Assembly: GCF_030028105.1 (NCBI RefSeq) | Contig: NC_092380.1 | Location: forward strand, 29,537,144-29,601,143 | Source of the DNA: Mobula birostris | Taxonomy: Eukaryota | Direction of reading: 5' to 3' | Length of the DNA stretch: 64,000 nt | In this document: positions 49,601-64,000 of the stretch, piece by piece | Layout: the number at the start of each line of letters is the position of its first letter | Numbering within the stretch: position 1 is the stretch's first letter | Program-made: the position numbers and the translations under genes | The notes under the pieces: generated by a model | Database searches by the model: none | Seen by the model: the letters and a program-made list of their open reading frames with translations, nothing else | What the model was told of the DNA's origin: nothing

Positions 49601-52362
49601 CTTCAAAATATTAGACTAAAACAGTGGTGAAGGCTCTCCTCAAGTTTTTTTACCATGGTTGGTTTGCTTAAAGAAATCCAGTCAGATCAGGGCAGTAACT
49701 TTACATTGGGAGTATTCCACCATATAGTTTCTGAGCTGGAGGCTAAACAAATTGTGTCATCTACATGCCACCCGGAGTCCCAAGGAGCCTTGGAACGGTT
49801 CCATTCCACTTTAAAGACAATGATTAAAACCTACTGTTATGAGAATAACAGGGACTGGGATGAAGACATATACTTATTTCTCTTTGTTGTTAGAGACTCA
49901 ATTCAAGAATCATTAGGGTTTAGTCCGTTCAAGCTTGTTTTTGGTCACAGGCCCAGAGGACCTTTGACCTTGCTCAGAGAACAGTGGTCTGACCCGAAGG
50001 TATGTGTCAGTGTGCTGGATTATGTTTTGGAGTTTTGGGATAGGCTTAACAAGGCTTGTGACAAAGCAGAATTTGCAACACTCTCAAATTAAGATGAAGC
50101 TCTGGTATGATCCGAAAGCGAGTGAACAGGTGTTTCAGCTTGGAGATAAATTCTTGGTTTTGTTTCCCCTTTTGACCAATCCCTCCAAGTGCAATTTCAT
50201 GGACCGTACCAGATTATTAAGAATATTGACACTCTGAATTATGTTGTTGAGACTCCTGACTGGAGGAAAGCTACTCAAGTGGTACAGGTAAACATAGTAA
50301 AGCCTTATTATTATGACTCGGAGATAGCACCTGTGAGTACTGTTATGAAAACAAATGGAGTCGTGGAGGCTGGTAATCAGATACCAGATAATTTTAACAA
50401 GCTGAATATAGTCTCAACCAGGCTCGAGAATTCAATTGTCTTGAAAAATATTAATAACAAAGTCCATCATTTGGAGCCTGCACAGCAAAAACAATTGAAA
50501 GAATTAATTGGCAATTGTGAGGATTTGTTGTCTGATGGCGGTGCCCAGACGGTGCACAGCTGCAGTGCATGATGTCATTGTAGGCTCAGCCGAGTTGATC
50601 AAACAGCATCCTTACAGGCGCTCGGCAGAGGATGGTGCTCAGGAGGCTGTATCGGAGACGCTTGTCAGAAGCTTGAAGTTTTCAGATGGATGGACTCAGT
50701 GTCAGCTGCTTCTAAGGTATCGGCAAGTTGACGGTGCCTGGAGGTTTATGGCAGGGAGTTTCTCCCTTTTGCCGCCTGCTATCGGGGACTCAGGAGATGA
50801 CCAACTCGGGACTTTGAGACTGTTTTTTACTGTGCCCATGGTCTGTTCTTCATCAAATTATGGTATTGCTTTGCACTGCTGTAACTATATGTTATAATTA
50901 TGTGGTTCTGTCAGTGTTGGTCTTTGGTTTGTCCTGTTTTCTGTGATGTCACTCCAGAAAAACATTGTATCATTTCTTAATGCATGTATGCATTTCTAAG
51001 TGACAATAAAAAGAGGACTGAGTGTTCTCATAATCTAAATACTTGGGAAAAGTGAAAGATTTGTATGGAGTGAGCTTTGCCAGGAAGCCTTTTAACGACT
51101 AAAAACTATTCTGTGTTACCAATATGTGCTAAAAGCACCAGATTTTTCAAAACCATTCTCTATAGTGACAGACACTAGTGGTGAAGCTGCTGGGTCAGTA
51201 TTGTTACAGAAGAGTGAGGATGACATTGAACATCCTGTAGCATATTTCTCGAAGAAGTTTAATGTGCATCAGAAAAATTATTCCACTGTTGAAAAGGAGT
51301 TGCTATCACTTATTCTGGCTTTACAACATTTTGAAGTCTGTTTGTCCTGTCCAGAAACCATTGGTGATTTACACGGATCACAATCCATTAGTGTTTCTAA
51401 CTAAGATGAAGGATAAGAATAGAAGTTTGTTAAACTGGAGTCTGATCTTGCAAGAATACGACCTGAAAATAAAACATGTGAAAGGTACTGACAACATTCG
51501 AGCTGATTGGTTATCCAGATGCTGAGTTAGAAGTTGCACACGTTTTACTCTGTTATCTGATAATTGTACATGTATCGTTTCAAACATTGTAATCTACAGT
51601 TAAACCAAAACTTTTGCTCCTTGATCAAAATTTTTCCCAAAAGGAGGGAGGTGTGATGATATCCGGAATTATTTATTATGGACTGTGCTTTTAAAAAGAG
51701 AGAGAAAGAGAGCGTGCAGCTGTACAGCACAAATAACTTGTAATTGAGAGAAAGTGAGAGGCGAAGGCAGCTCACAGTTTGTGATTTCTGCAAGGACACT
51801 GCCATCTTCTGAATTCCTACAGAGAGAAGGGAGGAGCTGGTGTTCAGCACAACAGTATTTAAACCAGCGTAATTGCCTGTTTCACAGGACACGCAGACAC
51901 ACTAAGGTGTGGTGAAGTTACCACTATCCTGTTCAGGTACCCACGAGTGTGGGACTGAGGATCGATTTTGAGGGATCAATCTGTGATTATTAGTGCGTGA
52001 AAGAGCGACCCTGTGGAGTCTACCTGAGTGTCTAACCTTTGCCTGCGTTGGTAGATTATCACTTGAAGATGGTGCTCTTAAGTTGGTCAAGTTTGGCTAA
52101 CTTGGAAGTCTCAGAGGACAATGGAAAGATTGACGGCATCAGCTCACCTGAAGAACTAGACACCTCTCTCTCTCTCTGTCTTCAACACTACTCAAATCAA
52201 TACCACAAACTGAACTGATTTCATTTACCAACCATTGTAAGACTGTATCCATTTACCTCTTAAGCTTGAAGAAGCTTGGCTTTTATATATTTCCGCATAT
52301 ATAATCATCACTAACCTGTTTGATATATCTGAATTTATATTACTGTATTGCATAGTTACTAA
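46653..52362 (+). mobile_element. Gmr1-type Gypsy, copy 2, both outer ends trimmed
   Basis: 5' LTR ~46653-47492, gag, INT 48782-50570, RT replaced, RH (IEHPVAYFSKKF), PPT, 3' LTR 51652-~52362. Confidence 0.9.
50617..51040 (+). mobile_element. Retroposon fragment replacing the Gypsy RT domain
   Basis: 3' part matches the reverse complement of 16896-17110. Sits between KQHPY and LGKSERFVW. Confidence 0.7.
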
Positions 52363-54860
52363 AAAACTCTAGCAAAGAATATCACAGATTCACCACCCAC
52401 TGGCTAAAGAAATTCCACATCTCAGTTCCAAAGGCTGTGCCCTCTGGTCCTGGACTCTCACCTGTAGGGAAACATCCATTCTATTGAGGACTTTCAATAT
52501 TCAAGGTCCTTCTCATTCTTCTAAGCTCCAGCAGCTGCATGCCCAGGGCCATCAAGCACTCCTTGTACATTGACCCTTTCAGTCCCAGAATCATTCTCAC
52601 TAAGTTCCTCTGAATCCTCATACTATCCACCACCACCACAAATCTGGAATAGTCCATCAACCCCACCCCCAAGTCTGCTATGTCTCCACCCCCTGAAACT
52701 CTAACTGAGCTATATTTTCCTTTCTTTTTCCTCTCTCCTTTCTTAAAAAGTGGAATAAAATTTGCAGTTTTACAGTCCTCCAGAATCATACAATCAGGTT
52801 GGTGCTCGATTCAAGAGATGACAGAGGATATTGCTCAATGGGAAAAAGACACAGGAGAGTTAGTAATGGGTGACAAAGAAATGGGAGATGAACTTAATCA
52901 ATATTTTGTGTTAGTCCTCACTGTTATAGACAACTGGAAGTCAGAACAGTGTGCCAGAAATTCGAGAGTGTTGGAGGCAGAGTGAGGGTAGTTGCTATGA
53001 CTAAGGGGAAGGTACTTGGAATGTTGAAACGTCTAAAGGGAGATAAATCAACCAATCTGATGGACAACACCCCAGAGTTCTGAAGATTGGTTGACAGGCA
53101 GAATAAAGGAGGTCCTTTGGCTGCTGATGTCTAATGATGTTCCAAAGGGGTCAGTATTAAGATCACTACATTTCACGTTATAGGTCAGTGATTAAGATGA
53201 CAATATTGATTGCTTAGTGGCTACGTTTGCAGACAGTACAAAGATAAGTGAAGGAGCAGTAAGTGTTGAGGAAGCAGGGAGTCTGTAGAAGGGTTTGGAC
53301 AATTTGGAAGAAGGAGCAAAGAAGTCGCAGATGTAATATAGTGCAGGGAAGTGCATGGTCATGCACTTTGGAAGAAGGAATAAGGGTGTAGACTATTTCC
53401 TAAATGGGGAGAAAGTTCAAAAATCAAAGGTGCATAGAGACTTGGCAGTCCTTGTGCAGGATTCCCTAAAGGTTAACATGCAGGTTGAGTTGGTGGTAAG
53501 GAAGGCAAATGCAATGTTCGTATTCATTTCAAGAGGACTAGTATATAAAGGCAAGGATATAATTCTGAGGCTTTATAATGCATTGGTTAGGTTGCACTTG
53601 GAGTATTTTGAGCATTTTTGGCCCCTTATAAAGTCGTAGAAAAGTACAGCACAGAAACAGGCCCATTGACCCATCCTAGCCTGTGCCGAAACCAGTTAAA
53701 CAGCTTATTCTGATTGACCTGCATTGGGACCATAGACCTTCATACCCCTACCATTCATGTACCTATCCAAACCTCTCTTAAACATTGAAATCAAGCTCGC
53801 AAGCACTACTTGCACTTGCATCTCAATCCCCACTATTCCGACCCTCTGAGTGAAGAGGTTCCTCCTCATGTTGCCATTAAACTTTTCACCTTTCACCCTA
53901 ATCCATGACCCCTAGTTGTAATCCCACCCAACCTCAGTGGAAAAACCCTGCTTGCATTTATTCAGTCTTTACCCCTCACAATTTGGTATACCTCTATCAC
54001 ATCTCCTCTCATTCTTCTATGTTCCAAGGAATGAAGTTCTAACCTATTCAATCTTTCCTTTAACTCAGGTCCTGAAGACCCAGCACCATCCTTGTAAATT
54101 TTCCTTTGAACTCTTTCAACCTTATTTACGTTTTTCCTGAAGATAGGTGACCAAAACTGTACACAAGACTCCAAATTAGGCCCCACCAATGTCTTGTACA
54201 ACTTCAACAAAACATCCCATCTCCTGTACTCAGTACTTTGGTTTATGAAGGCCAATATGCCAAAAGTTTTCTTTACAATCCTATCTAAAATATGATACCA
54301 ATTTCAATGAATTATAAACCTGTATTCCCAGATCTCTTTGTTCTACCACACTTTTCAGCCCATTTTTCCAGCTGGTCCAGATTCTGCTGCAAGCTCTGAA
54401 AGTCTTCCTCACAGTCCACTACACCGCCAATCTTGGTGTCATCTGCAAATCTGCTATTCCAGTTAACCACATGTGTCATCCAGATCATTGATATAGATGA
54501 CAAACAGCATCAGACCCAACATCAATCCCAGCAGGACATCATTAGTCACTAGTCTGCAGTCAGAGAGGCAACCGTCTACTACCACTCTCTTGCTTCTCCC
54601 ACAAAACTAATGCCTAATCCAATTTACTACCTCATCTTGAATGCCAAGTGACTGAACCTTCCTGACCAGCCTCCCATGCTGGTCCTTGTCAAATGCCTTG
54701 CTAAAATCCAGGTAGACAACATCCACTGCTTTAACCTAATTTCCTGCTACTTCCTGAAGTTATGCATAAAGTGATGCTGGTTCTCCTTAATCAGTCCATG
54801 TCTAGCCAAATACTCGTATATCTGGTCCCTTAGAATACCTTTCAATAATCTTCCCACTAC

Positions 54861-56021
54861 TTCTGGCAAGATGCTGGTGTGACTGGTTGCAGCATCTTCT
54901 ACGGGGTCAACAAAAGGTGCTAATGTTCTACTTAAACCTACTTCAAATGATCACAAGATATTGCTAAATGTTGAGAACTCAAAGTAGCTCAGGTGTGCAC
55001 CATCAGCGAGTTGCTCATTGGTGGAGATAATGAAGGAGCTGCTGCCCAAGTCGATGGAGGCTCACAGTCAAATAGCCAGTGGCCGTTATGGTCGATTTTC
55101 TTGTGATCACAAGACCCCTTCCCTTTCGACATTGTTCATCTGGTACACTGCAAGTTCAGTTCGCTGATTTATTGGATGAGAGCGGGGCGGAGGCAGGGAA
55201 TCTTGCTGACCTCGGTTGCAGCGATCACTCGGGCTGAAGCCATGGTGTCACCTGTTTGCAGCCACAGGAGTGAAGGGACAAAGCCACGGTGCTTCACTGC
55301 GGGTGGTGTGGCACGGGATCCAGAATGGAATTGGCACTGCCCTCCCAGGGCTTTACTCGGCAGAAGACAAGCTCTGTTGAGGTCTGCTGCAGATTTGTTG
55401 GCATCACTCAATGGAATTGGGCCTCAAGCTGCAAGGTCACTTGATTTTCAGCCACTGGGGGCATGCGCTACAGGTGGAAGAGTAGCGCAGATGTGGTCAA
55501 CTGAAGATTTCAATTGGAGTGCGGGGTCTGGACTATATACAGATATATTTGTCTGGTTGTATTGGGCATCGGGCATTCTGCCAGTCGAGAGATGATCTCA
55601 GAGGACTTGGAGGTCTGGATTATATACATACATATTCTGTGTTGTTGTATTTTTACTAATATTCTATATGTGCCTGTAGATGCCAGGAGTGGTCCTCTAA
55701 CCCACAGTAACACCTAGTGGGTATTGGGGCAGATTGACAGATGATACTGAGGGGCTGTGGGGTCTGGACTATGTACATGCGTAATCTGCATCGTATTTTA
55801 CTGATATTCTGAACGAGTTTGTTGATTTGTATGTGCCAGGCATGGGCATCAAGCTGCGATATTGTGGGGATGGGGACCCTGGGATTCTTTTATTCCGTGA
55901 ATGAGTTTTTGTATGTGACTGTTGTTAATGTGTTTTTAGCACCTTGAACTGCAGTAATGCTGTCTTGTTTGACTGTATTCATGAGAATTCTTGTATGGTT
56001 GAGGGACAATTGAACTTGAAT
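54861..56021 (+). mobile_element. Second copy of the 34188-35345 insert
   Basis: Near-identical sequence and position. Confidence 0.55.
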
Positions 56022-58954
56022 TGATGTCTGGCTCACTGACCTGTAATTCCTGTTTTATTTTCAGAGCCTTTCTTAAACATAGGAAGAACGCTGGCTACCC
56101 TCCAGTCCTCTGGTGCCTCACTTACCCAAGAAAAGATGTGCTGAGCACTAGAGAGGATCGAGAGGAGGTTCACAGAAATTATCCCAGGATTTAAAGTGTT
56201 AACATATGAGGAGCATTTGATGGCTCTGGGCCTGTATTCTGTGAAGTTTAGAAGAATGAGGGGGTCTCATAGAAAACTTTTGAATATTGAAAGGCTTAGA
56301 GTGGATGTGGGAAGGATGTTTCAATAGTGGGGCAGACTTGGACCAGAGGGCATGCCTCAGACTATGGGGACATCGATTTAAAACAGAGATGAGTTCTTCA
56401 ATACCCTTGAGGGCCCTACTCATTTCCACAGATGCACCTGTGCTGTGCCTCCAGCTAAAGAGTTTTCTGTCACTGTTTCTCACCCAGAGCACAGAACAGT
56501 ACAGCAGAGGAACAGACCCTTCTTCCCACAATGTCTGTGCTGAACACAATGCCAAAGGAAACTGAATCTCTTCTGCCTGCATGTGATTCATATCTTTCCA
56601 TTTCCCATCTAAAAGCCTCTGAAATGTCATAATCATATCTGCTTTCACCACTCCCCATGGCAGGCCGTACCACTCTGTAAATAAAACCAAATTACTTACC
56701 CTGCATAACTCCTTTAACTTCTCACCCTGTGATCTTAAAGCAATGTCTTCTCATGTTTGATATTTCCACCCTGGGAAAATGACCCTGATTCTCTATCCTA
56801 TCTAGACCTCATAGTTTTATAAATTTCTATCAGATTTTTCTTCAGCTTCTTTCGCTCCAGGGAAAATAGTCCCAGTCCATCCAATCTTTCCTTGTAACTC
56901 AAGCCCTCCAGCACAGGCAATATTTCTGTGAATCTTTTCTACATCTTTCCAGTTTAATCACATCTTTCCATTAGTGTGGTGTTGGAACTGCACAGGGATC
57001 TCTGGGTGTGGCCCAGTGAATGATTTGTACAATATGATGTCCCAACTCCTCTCACAGCCTTTGCTGATGAAGGTAAACATGCTGTGCACCTTCGTCACTA
57101 CCTTGTCTCCCAATGTTGCTACTTTCAGTGAACCAGGTACAATATCAGTATCCGAAGAGCTTGCTGTTCATTCACAGTCTGCAGGACCATGACATTCACT
57201 GTGTGTGCCCTGGCCTGTTTTAACTTCCCAAAATCCATCTCTTCACTTGTCTGACACTGTAACAACAGTTCTCTGTTTCTCTGCACCAACCACCCAACAA
57301 TAAACATCAATGCACCATTCACCATTGGCCACTCACTGTACCTGTCTGCTGTTTGTGTGTAACTCAACACCCAGACCCCATGTACTTCACTCATGTGCAG
57401 TCTCGCTCCACATAAATTATAGTCTCTCTTTTGATTCCTCCTACACGGGACAGAACCTCACATTTTCCCACATTAAACTCAATTTACTAAGTGTCCTCCC
57501 ACTCACCCACCTCTCTGGTGGAGACACTGGCTTCATCATCAGTCACTGCTGAAGTTGCTGAAGACCAGAATGTGCTATTGTCATTCAATTGTTTAAAAAG
57601 TGCAGCAAGGATAAGCCAGGGAATGACAGGCCACTCAGACTCACATCAGGAGTGGGGCATTTACTGGAGGGGATTGTGAGGACAGAATCTACCAGTATTT
57701 GCACAGATGGAATCTGATTGTGAGGAGTTGGCATAGCTTTGTGTGTGTGAGAAATCGAGGCTGGGGACTTGTGATGTGCCACGGGTGTCAGTGTTGGCAC
57801 CCTTGTTATTCTTTTGTAATATAAACGCTATATTACAGACGCACAAGGTTTTTACCAGTAAGTTTGTGGAGGACACAAAATGAAGAGGTATTTTTGATAG
57901 TGAAGATGACTACAGGGAGATCTTGCTCAGTTACTGAAGTGTAACTGAGAATTGACAAACGGATTACAATTCAGATGATGTATTTTGGAAAGTCAAACCA
58001 AGGTAGGGCTTATACATGGAATGGTGGGGAACTCGGGAGTGTCACGGGAGAGAGGGATTGAGAAGTACAAGAGCTTTGTTCATTGAAAGTGGCGTCACTG
58101 GCAGACTGGGCAGTGAAAGACGTGTTTAGCATCAGTCAGTCGGGGCATTTAATCCGGGAGTTGCGACGTTATACCGACAATTTATCTGCGCTTTGCTGCT
58201 CTATGACTCTACCGCCTAGCTTAGTGTCATCTTCAAACTTTCCATCGGTGTGTTGTACACTCTCATCCAAATCCTTTATATGAATGATGAAAAGCAATGG
58301 GCCCAGCACCGATCCCTGTGACTCGTCACTCCTCACTGATCTCCAGTCCCGTAAACAACCTTCGACCATCACCCCCGTCTCCTAACATCAAGCCGAGTAT
58401 CTATCCACTTCTCCCTCTCCCTGGATTCCCGTATCATCTAACCTTCCAGACTGCAGTTCCATGGGGACTTTGTCTAATTAATGTTTCATTGATGCTTTTC
58501 TTGTGATGATATAATACGATGTGGCTGTGATACACTCGCCAAATCTCTGGGTTACCTCTTCAAGGAACTAGAACAGATTTGTGAGAGTAACTGAGGAATT
58601 GAACAGAAAAGCAGAGCGGTTTGTGTCAATTCTATCGAATTTTGTTGATCAAACAGCAGGACACAGCAAATGGTCTTCATCTCCTATTTAAACTGAACGT
58701 GCAGCCCACGTAAAGAGGAGATGAATCCAACCCAAACCAAGGGATCAGGGTGGTGAGGAGCGCCGGCCTCGGGGTGTTACTGATCTGGGAATCTACAAAT
58801 AACACGCGATAATCCGGAGAGCAGGTCGAGCGGAGAGGAAAACCTGCGCTGGGAACGGTGCACCGGGCCAACAGTTGGTGCTGTGAATGTACAGATCTGA
58901 ACGGTGTGTCAGGGAGAGTGTGCTAAGAGGCCTGACAGCTTAGACTGGTATCAC

Positions 58955-59381
58955 TGTGTTTGTGAGTCCGGTCACATCGCTGAATTTTTCATCCCCACCT
59001 AGAGAAAATAAAACAATTTGCCTGCTCCGGGATAGCACAGTTCCCCAGCTCAGTCCTGAAGTGGGAATTAACCGCGATTTTTTAGTTGATTTCAATATTT
59101 CGATCGGAAAACAGAGAAAATGTCCTGATCCCGGGAAAGAATGAGGTCAGTGCAGCAGTGAAACGGGTTGATATAGAAACTGCTGCATTTAATTCGGACC
59201 AAACTTTCTTTACAGCAGAGAATCCGGCCTCGGGCACAGACAGAGAGCGGTCTGGGTCTTGGGGATGTCCTATTTTAATCGGAATCGGAGAGTTTTTCGG
59301 GAGAGAGAAACACAGAGAGACGGAGCGGCCGGGAGCTGACTGCAGGATGTCTCCGCCCCGTCCGCTCGCTGCCTTTAAATT
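58955..59381 (+). promoter_or_regulatory. H1 promoter (TG box 58955, AC box 59308)
   Basis: As in unit 1. Confidence 0.75.
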
Positions 59382-59456
59382 GCTCAGCACCGCCGCCTCT
59401 CGCTTCATTTCTCACTCACTTCAGAGTTCGAGAGAGTTTGTGCAGAGTTTCCGACC

Positions 59457-60080
59457 ATGACCGAGACCGCAGAAGTGGCCCCACCAGCGGCACCCGCCTC
59501 TGCAACCAAGGCTGCCAAGAAGAAGAAGGCGGCCGTCCGGACCAAGTCAACCGGTCCCAAACTGGGCGATCAGATCGACAAGATTGTGGCCGATTGCCGC
59601 AGTCAGCGAGGGGTGTCCGTAGCCGCGATAAAGAAGAGTTTGGCCAGCAGCGGCGTCGATGTACAAAAGCTGAAAGGTCAGATCAGGATGGCCATTAAAA
59701 GGAAATTGGATAAAGGCACCCTGGTTCACACTAAGGGCGCAGGTGCCTCCGGCTCCTTGAGAGCCGCTAAAAAAGAACATACCGGGAAAGTCGTGAAAAA
59801 AGCGAAGAAACCAGCGGCCAAGGCATCTAAGACCAAGAAGACAGTGACCAAGAAATCTGTGGCCAGGAAAACAGGTGCCAAGAAATCTCCCGCCAAGACC
59901 AAAGGGGTTAAGAAAACTGCGGTTAAAAAAGCGGCAGCTAAGAAAACAGCGACCAAGAAGACCGCGCAGAAGCCCAAGAGTCCGAAGAAGGTCGCAGCCC
60001 CCAAGGTGGCCAAGAAGTCGGCAAAACCCAAGCCGAAGGCAAAATCTGTGAAAGCCAAGAAGACAGCGGCCAAAAAGTAA
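59457..60080 (+). CDS. H1: Histone H1 (207 aa), copy 3
   Basis: Near-identical to copy 2. Stem-loop at 60105-60120. Confidence 0.95.
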   Translation: MTETAEVAPPAAPASATKAAKKKKAAVRTKSTGPKLGDQIDKIVADCRSQRGVSVAAIKKSLASSGVDVQKLKGQIRMAIKRKLDKGTLVHTKGAGASGSLRAAKKEHTGKVVKKAKKPAAKASKTKKTVTKKSVARKTGAKKSPAKTKGVKKTAVKKAAAKKTATKKTAQKPKSPKKVAAPKVAKKSAKPKPKAKSVKAKKTAAKK

Positions 60081-60104
60081 ATGCAGTAAAGACCCGAAAC
60101 CAAA

Positions 60105-60145
60105 GGCTCTTTTAAGAGCCACCCACATTTCCCAGATAAGAGCTG
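60105..60145 (+). terminator. Histone 3' stem-loop plus HDE
   Basis: GGCTCTTTTAAGAGCCACCCA...AAGAGCTG. Confidence 0.95.
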
Positions 60146-61047
60146 ATCCAGAATCGCGCGATTCCAGATCCTAGTCGGTTTAGATGTCAGTACGATCTAT
60201 TTACTTTTCCTATATTATCATTTCCTATATTGCATAGTACTGCTGCCGCTAAATTAATAAATTTCACGATATATGCCGGTAATATTAAACCTGATTCTGA
60301 TTCAATAAAGAACTCGCGCTTCTGAAGGATTGCGCGGAGCGCTGTATTTCAATTCTATGTTCGACACTCCTCTCTCCGACAGGTCAGGTCGCATTAGTTT
60401 GCAGGGACTTGGAGCGGGACGAGATTAAGAATGAAATTATATGTTTACAATTATCCATATGATTCTGTAAATATTTCAGCTCAGTGTGGGTTCATGCAAT
60501 CCTTTCACGGCTTTATTTTCTCCAAAAACTATTTAGTAAACGCAATAAATAAAATTGATTTCAACCCTCTTCCTGTCCTCCTGTTTCCGGCAGAAACGAA
60601 TGCACTCACCTCGAGAAGCTATTCGCTTAATATGCAAACATTCATATAACTAATTGAGAGAAGTAAAAACAATTCTTTCAATGAAAGTAAAATTTGATAA
60701 TTCATGATTTCTAGTTATTGTAAGAAACTAGCTCCGGCTGCTTTAGAAATTGGCGGGCGATTTGAAATTAACCGGGGATCCAATCTGCTGTCGGATTGGC
60801 TGAATAGTGACCCTAGGCGCCAGTTTCCATATTTGGTCACAGATACTATTCCCCGCCCCCCCGTCGGCCAGCTTCAAACTGATTAAGGACAGGCATCCAA
60901 TCGCACTGCTGAGACCCTATGATGGACATCTCCATTCCAACCAATCAGAGGGAGCTGGGCGGCCCTTCATCAACTCTTTAAAAGCCAGACCCAGCGTCTG
61001 CTCTGACACTTCAATCCTGATATTTCAGGCTGTGATCGCACTGCTGA

Positions 61048-61464
<417 letters not shown>

Positions 61465-61493
61465 ACCTGACCTCGGCACCAAGCACAACAAAA

Positions 61494-61535
61494 GGCTCTT
61501 TTCAGAGCCACTAATCCGGCAGAGAAAAGGGCTGT
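61494..61535 (+). terminator. Histone 3' stem-loop plus HDE
   Basis: GGCTCTTTTCAGAGCC...GAGAAAAGGGCTGT. Confidence 0.95.
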
Positions 61536-63055
61536 CAATATCTGTTCACTACCCCTTTGTTAATCACGCCATTCCCTGTGGGAGTTTTGATCAATAAGAC
61601 ATTACAGCTTCTCACAAACCCCTCCTCCAACCCAACCCCCCCCCCCACACACACACACGGCCGACTCCCCTCAACACAGAATCAGTAGTTCGGTGCAGCT
61701 GGATTAACGGGAGTCAGCTGTTAGTGTATCCCTGTCCCGCACCCCATCCGTGTACGGTTGGTTGTTGTGGGCAAGGTTTCCAGGTATTTGGGGCTGGAGA
61801 ATGGGTTTTAATAAATGCAGTTCTTCCATTTGGTAACCAGTCCCATTTCTGACCGAGTCCATGGGGATACAAGTCTGCAGATGCTGGAATTCCGGTTTTT
61901 TTCACAGAAGGAAAATAGTCTCGTTGGAACCTCGCCTTCGCCCGCAGTTTGAGAAGAGACCGGTACACACAGACCGACTGCCAATATAGACTGTGGATCG
62001 ACTTTTCGAAGCTCAATAACTAGAAACATTCATATTGGCAAGTAAAATAACGCCCGGGTTGTTAATGTAAAATAAATCTTCACCGAATTAGTGATTCAAT
62101 GCATACTTTTCCAGACTACAGATCAATAAATAACTTTCGGCGGGATTTTCAAATTTCGGGAGAACTGGCGGTTATTTTCGGCACTTTTCTTTCTGCTCTC
62201 TGTTCATTGGTGAATAAGGCAGCTCTCTGATTGGCTTACTGGGCTCGTCAGCAGTGAATCGGAATTTCACCTGCAGACCCTTCATGTATCGGGTGCTCAA
62301 GGCCCGATACCGCCCACCCTGGCCTATTTAGTCATGTGCATCCAAATATCCCGAAACCACGTCCTTAACAATCGATGCTCAACAAATGAGGTCAAACTAA
62401 CTGGCCTATAATTTCCTTTCTTCCTCTCTCCATTCTTGAAGAGTGGAGTGACATTTGCAATTTTCTAGTCCTCCAGAACCAGGGCAGAGTCCATTGATTC
62501 CTGAAAGATCATTACTCATGCCAGCTGGCCCTGTCTATCTTCTCCTCTTTCAGTTTCCTAAGTATCTCCTCCCTAGTAATAGCAATTGCACGCACTTCTG
62601 CTCCCTGACACTCTCGAATTTAGTGCATCCTGCTCCTGTCTTCCACAGGCAGAAAATTGAGGAGAAACCACTTCACCCACAGAATGATGTCTCTTTGGAC
62701 CCCCACCACGGAGAGCAAGAGGGGAACAGCAGGGATGGATTTAAAATAGCTGTTGTGAAACAGAAACAGTAGCAAGGACCAACTCGGCTGATTATATATA
62801 TATACTCCTGACTGCACACAAGGTGTGTTGTAAATTCTCTAGATACCTGAGACAGAGTTTGAAATAGAACTGATTTATTTGTCAGAGATCCAGAACATCA
62901 AACTCCTGTCCCATTAAAGATAAATTTAGAAGAAGCACCTCCCAGTCCCAGTGACCAGGGTGCAGAACTGGATGTGGTGAGAAGCAGCAATAATTGCGGA
63001 GTTCGACACCAACAGTCAATTGTGAACTTGCCTCTGAATTCAGCATGCAGCTTAT

Positions 63056-63308
63056 TTAAACATTGTCCCCAGTGTGAGCTTGCTTGTGTGTCACAAGGTT
63101 GGATGACAGAGTGAATCGGTTCGGGCAGTCTGGGCAGGTGAATGGTCTCTCCTCGGTGTGAACTGACTGGTGTGCATGTAGGGTGCGTAACAGAGTGAGC
63201 ACCTTTCCACAATCAGAGCATGTGATCACTCTCTCCTCAGTGTGAGGTGACTGGTGTGGTCGGTAGGTGGGATCAGTGAGTGTATCCCTTCCCCCACAGT
63301 CTGAGCTG
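63056..63308 (-). pseudogene. C2H2 zinc-finger remnant, copy 3
   Basis: As copy 1. Confidence 0.85.
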
Positions 63309-64000
63309 CTAAATAGGGGCCACGCATTTCAAATGGAGACGTGTGGAAACTTCTGGAATTCTATGTCTGAGTGTACAGTCTCTGGGATTCTCTGTCCCTG
63401 TGAGTGGGGAGGCCTCATGTCTGGGTATATGTCAGGCAGAGATAGATAAATATTTAAGGAATTGAGGAACTGGGGGTTATAGGAACAGTTACAGGAGCTG
63501 GGATCAGTGACAATTGTGTGAATAACCACAAGACTATAAGATACAGGAGCAGAATTAGGCCATTGAGCCTCTTCTGCCAATCTATCATGGCTGGTTTGGT
63601 ACCCATTCTCCTGTCCTCTCCCAGTAACCTTTGACACCCTTCCTAATCAAGAACCTATCAACCTCCACTTTAAATATACCCAATGACATGGCCTCCACAG
63701 CCACCTGTAGCAAAGAATATCACAGATTCACCACCCACTGGCTAAAGAAATTCCACATCTCAGTTCCAAAGGCTGTGCCCTCTGGCCTTGGACACTCTCC
63801 AGCACGGAAACATCCATTCTATCGAGGTCTTTCAATATCCTAGATCCTTCTCATTCTTCTAAGCTCCAGAAGCTACAAGCACAGGGTCATCAAGCACTCC
63901 TTGTACATTGACCCTTTCAGTCCCAGAATCATTCTCATTAAGTTCCTCTGGACACTGAAACTATCCACCACCACCACAAGTCTGGAATAATCCATCAACC

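Overview
Vertebrate genomic DNA, very repeat-rich. The repeat families (abundant CR1, an HE1-like V-SINE, Penelope, Rex-type LINEs) suggest a cartilaginous fish such as a ray; this is an inference. Bases 1-17.6 kb are decayed transposons: the 3' end of a Gypsy element with a G-rich minisatellite in its LTR, CR1 and Rex LINEs, a solo LTR, a SINE and an internally deleted Gypsy. From ~17.7 kb to the end there are three tandem copies of a ~12-kb core unit, swollen by insertions (H1-to-H1 spacing 17.5 and 20.7 kb). Each copy carries exactly two intact, intronless, stem-loop-type histone genes: a divergent H1 with no aromatic residues and a canonical H3.2. Each also has a gene-less CCAAT-rich promoter-like block and a C2H2 zinc-finger remnant. 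No H2A, H2B or H4 gene is visible. Units 1 and 2 share a Gmr1-type (integrase-before-RT) Gypsy insertion, while unit 3 shows the empty target site. The units are mosaics of each other. Penelope-derived hammerhead ribozyme motifs and templated-insertion deletion junctions are also visible. A 130-N gap lies inside unit 2. All alignments were done by eye.
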